Notes under the pieces: generated by a model
What the model was told of the DNA's origin: nothing
Seen by the model: the letters and a program-made list of their open reading frames with translations, nothing else
Databases searched by the model: none
Shown: positions 1-6,653 of the stretch, one piece after another
Layout: every line of letters begins with the position of its first letter
Numbering within the stretch: the first letter of the stretch is position 1
Assembly: GCF_002803295.2 (NCBI RefSeq)
Contig: NZ_PGGB02000017.1
Span: 1,009 to 9,525 of the forward strand
Direction: 5' to 3'
Length of the DNA: 8,517 bases
Origin: Caedibacter taeniospiralis
GTDB lineage: Bacteria > Pseudomonadota > Gammaproteobacteria > Francisellales > Francisellaceae
Program-made: the position numbers and the translations under genes

Positions 1-614
1 TCGGGTGAATAGATGATATACAAGGTACTGCCTGGCGATTCCCCAGAGGTACACCAGCCATACGGGCAATAAATTTCATTCGTGCCCGATAACGCACTAG
101 TAGACGATAACTGCAAAGTGCTAAGGGGAAGCTTCTGTGAATTCCAATAATCATCACCAAACAATGTCCACCACCAACCAGAGCCATTTGTCCCCAGTGA
201 AAATGCCAGTGAGCGTTCTGGTCGTTCGGTCGAGTGAACGGACATATGCATGACCGAATTCCTGGTGTCGCAAGTAGGGGTTAAATCACGTTCAAAATGC
301 CAAACCTGCCCATGATCATCTTTATCAACACAGACTAAACCTGCCTGGTTTGCGGGCACAGGGATCTTTACAATAACGGTCTTTTCTTGTTTGGGAAAGG
401 TACATTTGCCACCATCACACGAATCATCGCCGTCTGGATACATACATTGTGTACCAGGTGTCTGGGTAAACACAAAGGTTTCATCCTGCGTAGGCGCTAC
501 ACTGTTATAGACACAAAAACCGAGATTCCCCGTGGCACCTGCATAACCTCCATCAAACAACGCCACATTGCTGGCAATCACACCTAAACATTGTAATAAT
601 TTTATCTTTCTCAT
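1..614 (-). CDS. Partial CDS (3' end beyond left edge): putative secreted Cys/Trp-rich hypothetical protein
   Basis: Reverse-strand ORF read by hand from ATG at 614..612 with no stop to the window edge (about 204 codons): MRKIKLLQCLGVIASNVALFDGGYAGATGNLGFCVYNSVAPTQDETFVFTQTPGTQCMYPDGDDSCDGGKCTFPKQEKTVIVKIPVPANQAGLVCVDKDDHGQVWHFERD...GSGWWWTLFGDDYWNSQKLPL...YCPYGWCTSGESPGSTLYIIYSP. SD-like AGAGGA lies 8 nt upstream of the ATG. The N-terminus looks like a signal peptide. Absent from the supplied track. Confidence 0.8.
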   Translation of the reverse strand, partial: MRKIKLLQCLGVIASNVALFDGGYAGATGNLGFCVYNSVAPTQDETFVFTQTPGTQCMYPDGDDSCDGGKCTFPKQEKTVIVKIPVPANQAGLVCVDKDDHGQVWHFERDLTPTCDTRNSVMHMSVHSTERPERSLAFSLGTNGSGWWWTLFGDDYWNSQKLPLSTLQLSSTSALSGTNEIYCPYGWCTSGESPGSTLYIIYSP

Positions 615-811
615 CTTGATGTTCCTCTAATAATTGGGTTGGAAATATACGAGATATAATATTTAATTATTTTGGCGAATCATAATAAAACGCCCCTATG
701 AGGTTGTTGGAAATTGCTTTAGATGCCAGATCTAAAGTCTAAAAACACGAACATCCCTGGAAGTTATGCTACAGATTGTTTTTTGTTTTGTCTATCATTT
801 TGTAAATAAAA

Positions 812-847
812 AACAATAATTTTAACTAATTGTCATAAATTATTGTT
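812..847. repeat. Perfect inverted repeat AACAATAATTT-N14-AAATTATTGTT
   Basis: Arms 812-822 and 837-847 are exact reverse complements (11 bp); located in the intergenic region. Confidence 0.6.
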
Positions 848-921
848 ATGAGTTTTAGCTCTGACCATCCTTCCTCCCGCTGTCATGGTGCTGAGCACCT
901 ATGCGCTTTGAAAAACACCCC

Positions 922-953
922 GCCTTGCAAGGCACCCCTCTTGAAAAGAGGGG
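922..953 (-). terminator. Candidate terminator/stem-loop cluster downstream of the large minus-strand CDS
   Basis: CCCCTCTT-GAA-AAGAGGGG (935-953) and GCCTTGCAAGGC (922-933) are perfect dyads just downstream (minus-strand sense) of the TAA at 989. They are followed on the minus strand by GGGGTGTTTTTC. Confidence 0.45.
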
Positions 954-988
954 AATAACGGCTGGTGGGCGGAAAATATGCAGAGTTG

Positions 989-3900
989 TTATGAATAGGG
1001 TAAAAGAGCAGGTAACGGATAAGCAAATACTATGCTAGAAGCTATGGCACGATTAAAATCACTTGGGGTTCTGTCGCTTGCAGATACCCTGTCGTAGAAA
1101 TGGTGAGAACCAGCAGCAACTATGCCTGTCGCAGCTGCACCGCAAAGTATATGTGCTATATCATAAGAAGAGAGCTGCTTTTCTATTTTATACCCAAATA
1201 TGGCTGGAGACAGATACTGTTGAAAAGCCAACCTGGCAAGTTCTGATACCATTCCACGGACAAATCCGCAGATTTCGTGCCCATAATTTTCCTCAGGAAT
1301 ATATTTTTCACATAAATATGCACCTCCACCATCAATAAATCCATGTATCGCACCATTTAAAAGCGTCCCCATGAGCTTATTTGACCACTCTGAGTGTGAG
1401 TGATGATGCAGCTGGTTTGAAAACTCCCACAAAATATGTTCCATTACCCCACTTAATATTGCCTGAATCGACTTGTGATCCACAGCACTGGTCATTTCCA
1501 AATACTGGAATATACTGCTGAACATTCGACCGCCTAATTCAATAGACGGTTTTATTATCTTATCTGTCAAAGGTTCTTCTTTTGCTTCTGAGAAATAATC
1601 AACAATGGCATTTAAACTTGTGGTTGTAATAATAGAAAGTATCAGTGCATTAAGCATGACTCGCCGTTCTATAAGACCATTATTGTCCAGCTGACTTGAG
1701 TAAGCATCTTTGGTGTAAGCCAGATATATTACAGAGCTTGATATGGCAGGAACGATAAGCTCTTTAACTGCTGATTGAATAGTTTCATAAAAATCTGAAT
1801 CCTTAAGATTTATGATTTGATCGTTTAATTTTGAAGATACTCTACTACTTTGCTCATAGATAGCCTCAGGTTGGTTAGCCAATAATGCTTGAGGGTGAAC
1901 TGAAAACACATCCCCGTAGGGAATATTGAATACATCTAAGAAATAGCTCGTAATATCACCGCCTTGATCTATGGTGACAGCATTAAAGCCATTCTTTTCA
2001 AACGAAAAATAATCATAACTCAGTAGCGTCTGTGCGCTATCATCTATAGAAACTGGTCTCCTGCTTTCATCTAATTTAAACTTAACTGTCTGGTTGTTTC
2101 TATCATATAGAGTGAAATCACTGTATGAATTAAATACTAACTTAGACTCAAAATATTTATCATCGTCACCGTAGACCTTAGCAGTCAAGGCTTTATCCCT
2201 GAAGTCGTATTTATATGTTAAAGCTTGATGATTAAAATATGGTAACTTGATATTCTGAAAATAGTTCTCTGCATGGATACTGTCTAGCAAACCGTAATTT
2301 CCGTAATGGTATGCATATCTATTTAGACCCTCTTGTAATGTTGTTGTTTTATCTTCAGTTGTCATTTGCATTGACTTTCCTGATGAGAAATCAGCTGATA
2401 GCTTCTTATTGGCAATGTTATCAAAGTTAAACTTAATTCCCAATATTTGTTGTAACTGCGAAAACGTAACCGTGTCTGAGTGACCTTGGAAATTCACACT
2501 TATACTTGAAGCGGCATAGTCTATTGCATATGCCGAAATGGTTTTATATAAATTGCTAAGCCTAGTGCCAACTTTTGTCATGGCATTGTCTATTGCAAAC
2601 TGCACCACATTGGTAAGCTCGTCTCCTTGAGCATTTCTAATAGAATTTACCCTTTTTATTTCACATTTATTTTTTTCAGTGCTGAGATTGACATAGAAGA
2701 TATCAGAAATAAATTTTTGTATTCCGAGCATGCGATCAATCAAGGAGGTCGACTTGAGTATATCGTTATATTCATCGAAATATTGAAACTCTTTTTGCAA
2801 ACCTGAAGGGTAAGAAATAGAGCTGAGTTTATTAAATGGGTTATACGTAAATTTTGTTGTTTCAGATACAGGGTTGGTGACGGATTGAATTAATTTTTCC
2901 TGATTTACCTGATCTATCAGCACAGTAGCCATCTTCTGATCATTTTTTTTAATGATGACTTTATTATCCGTGGGGAAATATTCAAGCGTTATGTCCATTA
3001 AAATCTTTTCGCTCTCTGATAAGCTTCGAATACAAATGGTTGTCAGTGAGGACTTAGCATAAGAAAATTCGATGGTTATGCCGTTAAAGTTGTCTTCTAC
3101 TTTTACAGGATGTTGTCCACGGTCAAATGTAAAAGCTTTTTGTTCAGTAGAGTAAGTTGAGCTGATATCGTCATGCTTCTCACTGGTAACTTCATAGTAC
3201 TTTGAGTTGTATTCTATGGCGGTAACGTTCTGATTTTCATAGATAAGTCTTGGAAGTATATTTAAGCCCCATCCATAAAAATTACCTTCCTGTGAAGAGT
3301 CATAAGTTACCGAAAACATGCCTGTTTTGGTCGTATAAATTTCAATAGGAAAAATATCAATGCTTTCCTGGTTGTGTTTTAATCTCTTGTCAGCCTTATT
3401 TTTTTTCACCTGCTCTAGTAAGCATTGGGGCAGGTGATTACCAAGTTTTTTACTATCCATAAATTCTGCATAAATCTGATCAATGTTGTCAGGAGCTATT
3501 TGCTCAGTAAATGTATATTCTTCACCATCCTCTTCCAGGGCGAATGAAACATATAAATTTTTATACGCTTTTAAGGCATTCTCCATACGTCTCTTAGTCT
3601 CAGCTTGCAGCTCTGACTCGTCATCATAAAGATATCTCAGCTCTCTCCTCAGGGGCTCATAAGCCTCTGCAAAATATTGTTTTGCCATATCCTGTAATGA
3701 GGACCATGGATATTTACCCTCAGCAAACTCCTTAGGATTTATGATTGCCACCTCCCCAGTGTTATACAGCCAGTTTTTATAAGGAAATTCAGTAGCATTA
3801 AAGCCTGTATCCTTGTAATACAATTTTTTACGTATAGATTGGTCATTATTTAACAAGTCTGTAATACCAGCTGGCTTCACATAAAATATTGGTCCAGGGT

Positions 3901-4057
3901 AAACTCGTGGGCAAAGAGTATAGAATGCGCTCGGAGTGCTAGACACTAACCTGCCATTAATGTAGGTACACACGAATTTTCCAGCTGTTGTTGCATAACT
4001 CTGTAAGTAACAGAACAACGATGCAGGTACAATAATGGCTCGAAGAAATTTACTCAT
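989..4057 (-). CDS. Large probable exported protein with degenerate YD/Rhs-like repeat sequence (about 1022 aa); function unknown
   Basis: Long uninterrupted ORF. The track starts it at a TTG (4108); ATG at 4057 gives MSKFLRAIIVPASLFCYLQSYATTAGKF, a good signal peptide. YD-like stretches include VTNPVSETTKFTYNPFNKLSSISYPSGLQKEFQYFDEYND and LTYKYDFRDKALTAKVYGDD...VFNSYSDFTLYDRNNQTVKFKLDESRRPVSIDDSAQTLLSYDY. Stop TAA at 991..989. Confidence 0.85.
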   Translation of the reverse strand: MSKFLRAIIVPASLFCYLQSYATTAGKFVCTYINGRLVSSTPSAFYTLCPRVYPGPIFYVKPAGITDLLNNDQSIRKKLYYKDTGFNATEFPYKNWLYNTGEVAIINPKEFAEGKYPWSSLQDMAKQYFAEAYEPLRRELRYLYDDESELQAETKRRMENALKAYKNLYVSFALEEDGEEYTFTEQIAPDNIDQIYAEFMDSKKLGNHLPQCLLEQVKKNKADKRLKHNQESIDIFPIEIYTTKTGMFSVTYDSSQEGNFYGWGLNILPRLIYENQNVTAIEYNSKYYEVTSEKHDDISSTYSTEQKAFTFDRGQHPVKVEDNFNGITIEFSYAKSSLTTICIRSLSESEKILMDITLEYFPTDNKVIIKKNDQKMATVLIDQVNQEKLIQSVTNPVSETTKFTYNPFNKLSSISYPSGLQKEFQYFDEYNDILKSTSLIDRMLGIQKFISDIFYVNLSTEKNKCEIKRVNSIRNAQGDELTNVVQFAIDNAMTKVGTRLSNLYKTISAYAIDYAASSISVNFQGHSDTVTFSQLQQILGIKFNFDNIANKKLSADFSSGKSMQMTTEDKTTTLQEGLNRYAYHYGNYGLLDSIHAENYFQNIKLPYFNHQALTYKYDFRDKALTAKVYGDDDKYFESKLVFNSYSDFTLYDRNNQTVKFKLDESRRPVSIDDSAQTLLSYDYFSFEKNGFNAVTIDQGGDITSYFLDVFNIPYGDVFSVHPQALLANQPEAIYEQSSRVSSKLNDQIINLKDSDFYETIQSAVKELIVPAISSSVIYLAYTKDAYSSQLDNNGLIERRVMLNALILSIITTTSLNAIVDYFSEAKEEPLTDKIIKPSIELGGRMFSSIFQYLEMTSAVDHKSIQAILSGVMEHILWEFSNQLHHHSHSEWSNKLMGTLLNGAIHGFIDGGGAYLCEKYIPEENYGHEICGFVRGMVSELARLAFQQYLSPAIFGYKIEKQLSSYDIAHILCGAAATGIVAAGSHHFYDRVSASDRTPSDFNRAIASSIVFAYPLPALLPYS

Positions 4058-4091
4058 CCTAAACGATCTCAATTTTATGATAACGGTTATC

Positions 4092-4120
4092 ATTATGCTT
4101 AAACACAATTAAATAGCAAG
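4092..4120 (-). promoter_or_regulatory. Weak candidate promoter for the large minus-strand CDS (TTGCTA-16-CATAAT)
   Basis: Minus-strand sequence TTGAAGCTTGCTATTTAATTGTGTTTAAGCATAATG. CATAAT at 4097..4092 with TTGCTA 16 nt upstream would place transcription start just upstream of ATG 4057. Confidence 0.25.
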
Positions 4121-4253
4121 CTTCAATTATCAGGAAACTGTTTCATAGGCTATACATGTGGTACGAGAAATAACTATATCTGATGCAAATGCTGAAACCA
4201 GCAGCAACCTCAGGCAGAAAAGGCGGGGCAGCCAACTGCTTAGAAGCGTGACC

Positions 4254-4282
4254 AAAATAAATTCATAAATAGAATTTATTTT
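4254..4282. promoter_or_regulatory. Candidate LysR-type operator (perfect 11-7-11 inverted repeat)
   Basis: AAAATAAATTC (4254-4264), ATAAATA (4265-4271), GAATTTATTTT (4272-4282). Arms are exact reverse complements and contain TTC-N7-GAA, i.e. T4262-N11-A4274. Confidence 0.5.
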
Positions 4283-4317
4283 TACTAATTGTGAATGTTT
4301 TTTTACCTGTCAGTGGT

Positions 4318-4323
4318 TATAAT
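4318..4323 (+). promoter_or_regulatory. Candidate -10 box TATAAT for the LysR-family gene
   Basis: Perfect TATAAT upstream of ATG 4345/4357. No good -35 at 16-18 nt, which would fit an activator-dependent promoter. Confidence 0.4.
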
Positions 4324-4356
4324 GTACCCGAAGTAAACATAGATATGGGCGTATGT

Positions 4357-5286
4357 ATGAGCTCTGCAGTGTACAATCTGAATTACTATCTGTTAAAGCT
4401 GTTTCACACAATATATGAAACAAAAAGTATTTCATCTTCAGCTGAGAAACTTTTTGTAACTCAGTCAACGGTAAGTAATGGGTTAAACAGATTAAGAAGT
4501 ATTTTTAATGATCAATTGTTTTATCGCAAGGACAATATGATGGTACCAACAAATCGTTCCATCAGCTTGTTCCCAGTGGTTACTCAAGCCATGGCGCAAT
4601 TTGAGCGCTTATCTTTTTACGAGCAGCCTTTTGATCCTAAAACAGTAGCAAGTCATTTTCGCATAGGTATTTCCCCCATTTTGCAGGTGCTTATTTATCC
4701 TGAACTGTTGATGCGTATGAAAAAATATAAAGTCACTCTGGATGTTGATGTACTAAGGGTTCCGAAGAACTCTATGGCTGTTGATTGGCATGAATATGAT
4801 TTTATACTTACGCAGATGGATTTTGTTCATGGTTACGAAAGAGCCTTTATGTATGAAGATGAGTTTCTTGTGCTGATGAACAAACATCATCCTCTTGCAA
4901 ATAAAGGTGTACTTGATATTAAGGACTATGCAAAGGCAACTCATGTAGCTACTCATTATTCTTCCCAAAACGATTCAGATCCATTAAATGCACTTCTTAA
5001 TAAGCACCAGATTAGTCGGAACATATTAGCAACCACAGATAATTTGGGAGCCATATATCAGTTAGTTCTGGATCATAACTGCGTGCTAACGTCAACGAGT
5101 AGCTTATACCAGATGTATAAGAAGCTTTTTTTTATGAATTTAGCCGCATTAAGGCTGAATGTTGAGCCAAACAAAATATCATACTATCTCTATTATTCGG
5201 ATAAGGTCATGATTGAGCCATCCCATGTATGGTTTAAGAATGAAGTGTTGTCCTTAGTGAAAGAAAAGCTTTGCCTAAAAACGTAA
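4357..5286 (+). CDS. LysR-family transcriptional regulator
   Basis: N-terminal LTTR helix-turn-helix pattern: YNLNYYLLKLFHTIYETKSISSSAEKLFVTQSTVSNGLNRLRSIFNDQLFYRKDNMMVPTNRS. About 310 aa with a substrate-binding-like C-terminal domain. The track start at GTG 4291 lies upstream of a TATAAT; ATG 4345 or 4357 fits better. Confidence 0.88.
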   Translation: MSSAVYNLNYYLLKLFHTIYETKSISSSAEKLFVTQSTVSNGLNRLRSIFNDQLFYRKDNMMVPTNRSISLFPVVTQAMAQFERLSFYEQPFDPKTVASHFRIGISPILQVLIYPELLMRMKKYKVTLDVDVLRVPKNSMAVDWHEYDFILTQMDFVHGYERAFMYEDEFLVLMNKHHPLANKGVLDIKDYAKATHVATHYSSQNDSDPLNALLNKHQISRNILATTDNLGAIYQLVLDHNCVLTSTSSLYQMYKKLFFMNLAALRLNVEPNKISYYLYYSDKVMIEPSHVWFKNEVLSLVKEKLCLKT

Positions 5287-5330
5287 AGCCCTTAACCGTT
5301 CTCCAAACGCTTATTACGCGAAAGGTTTCC

Positions 5331-5359
5331 ACAGACCGATTGGTCGATAATCAGTCTGT
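5331..5359. repeat. Near-perfect inverted repeat ACAGACCGATT-N7-AATCAGTCTGT
   Basis: 11-nt arms (5331-5341, 5349-5359) with one mismatch and a 7-nt spacer, 45 bp downstream of the LysR stop. Confidence 0.5.
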
Positions 5360-5464
5360 AGCAAAAAGGGGAGGGCAGTTGCCCCAGTTAATTTTTCAAG
5401 TAGTTCTTACGATGCTTCATTTAAGACGGTTTGTCTGTGGGTCATGTTTTGTATGTGTTGCTAA

Positions 5465-5492
5465 TTGACTTTTACTTTACCCCTACTTATTC
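5465..5492 (+). promoter_or_regulatory. Candidate sigma70 promoter for the export operon (TTGACT-16-TATTCT)
   Basis: TTGACT at 5465-5470 and TATTCT at 5487-5492, upstream of the HlyD-like gene. Confidence 0.35.
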
Positions 5493-5657
5493 TGGTTGGG
5501 AGAAAAATGACTGTCTGGTCATTTCGTGCTCCGTTTCGCGCAGGATGACAGTGGGCTGAAAGTCTGTTTAAGCCTGGAATTCTGAAAGTTAATTGAAAAG
5601 GTGAAGTATTGTGCTAACAGGTGTAATCTGCCATACCGCTTGGCTAAGGAGAAGGAA

Positions 5658-6653
5658 GTGACGACGCGTCTAAAAACAATCATCAGTGGGCTGATTTTGG
5701 TATTGGTTGTGATCGCTTTAGCGCTGGTGTGGCGCTTTTCACGGGAAGATGCAACAGCTTTATCAGGGTATATTGAGGCAAATCTGAGTTATATATCCCC
5801 AAGTGTGTCGGGCAAATTGGTCACCCTGGCAGTGCATAAAGGGGAATATGTTAAAAAAGGGCAAGTGTTGTTTACGTTAGAAACCACACCATATCAGCTG
5901 AAATTTGAATCTGATCAACAGTTGACGCTTGCCGATAAATACAATTACGAGGATCTGTTGACGGGCAAACAACAGCCTTATATTAACCAGGCTGAAGCAG
6001 AGATTGCTAAGGCAAAAGCAGATTTAAACTACGCTCAACTAAGCTACCAGCGTGCAGCATCTTTACTTAAAACAGGGGATATCTCACAGCAGGAGTACGA
6101 TCTGGATCTGTCTCAATATGATCAGGCTCAGGCGCAGTTAGCAACGCTGAACGCGCAATTGGAGACCTATAAGATTAGTGCACGGGATAAACTGATCCAA
6201 AGTGCGGATGCCAGGTTTCACTCCAGTGAGAAAAATCAGGAATTATCGCAATGGAATCTGTCCGAGACACAGGTTTCCTCACCAGAGGCGGCGATGGTGT
6301 TTGATACCTATTATTGGGTGGGAGAACAAGTACAAAGTTTCAGACCAGTGGTATCTTTGCTGGTACCACATCAAATCAAGCTTATTTTCTATGTGACAAA
6401 AACGCAATTACATGAGATTGGCATTGGGCAAAAAATCTATTTTACGGTGGATGGTTCGGCGGAAAAGACAACGGCGACGATACGCTATATTTCGCCAGAA
6501 GCTGAATATACCCCGCCTGTCATCTATAGCCAGTCAACTCGTACAGATTTAAGCTACCGAGTGGAAGCGGCGGTTGAACCAGGTCTGGATAATGGACAAA
6601 AAGTATGGCACCCAGGACAACCTGTGAGCGTCTATCTTCAGGGAGTGCGGTAA
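5658..6653 (+). CDS. HlyD/YbhG-family periplasmic adaptor (membrane fusion) subunit
   Basis: N-terminal TM segment (LKTIISGLILVLVVIALALVWRF), ALSGYIEANLSYISPSVSGKLVTLAVHKGEYVKKGQVLFTLETTPYQ lipoyl-like half motif, coiled-coil region, and C-terminal RYISPEAEYTPPVIYSQSTRTDLSYRVEAAVEPG. GTG at 5658 has AAGGAG 6 nt upstream; the track start (GTG 5601) is probably too long. Confidence 0.88.
   Translation: MTTRLKTIISGLILVLVVIALALVWRFSREDATALSGYIEANLSYISPSVSGKLVTLAVHKGEYVKKGQVLFTLETTPYQLKFESDQQLTLADKYNYEDLLTGKQQPYINQAEAEIAKAKADLNYAQLSYQRAASLLKTGDISQQEYDLDLSQYDQAQAQLATLNAQLETYKISARDKLIQSADARFHSSEKNQELSQWNLSETQVSSPEAAMVFDTYYWVGEQVQSFRPVVSLLVPHQIKLIFYVTKTQLHEIGIGQKIYFTVDGSAEKTTATIRYISPEAEYTPPVIYSQSTRTDLSYRVEAAVEPGLDNGQKVWHPGQPVSVYLQGVR

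Noticed and set aside
387-587. 66-aa plus-strand ORF from the track
   Set aside because: Antisense to the better-supported minus-strand secreted ORF (1-614), with no recognisable motif.
1109-1120. Shared AACCAGCAGCAAC string at about 1108-1120 and about 4197-4209, considered as flanking direct repeats bounding the large gene
   Set aside because: Only about 13 nt, low complexity, and one copy is within coding sequence; no other boundary hallmarks, so likely chance.
1063-1338. 91-aa plus-strand ORF
   Set aside because: Lies wholly antisense within the large minus-strand CDS, with no domain signature or convincing context. Probably a shadow ORF.
4753-4968. 71-aa minus-strand ORF
   Set aside because: Antisense within the LysR-family effector-domain coding region; no supporting motif.
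5271-5468. 65-aa plus-strand ORF overlapping the LysR gene end
   Set aside because: Starts inside the regulator CDS and reads through the dyad/terminator region; composition looks non-coding.
5506-5547. Possible very short leader peptide (ATG after GGGAG) ahead of the export operon
   Set aside because: Too short to judge, SD spacing is tight, and no attenuator-like codon run is evident.
6202-6396. 64-aa plus-strand ORF
   Set aside because: Alternative frame inside the HlyD-like gene, which has clear family support in its own frame.
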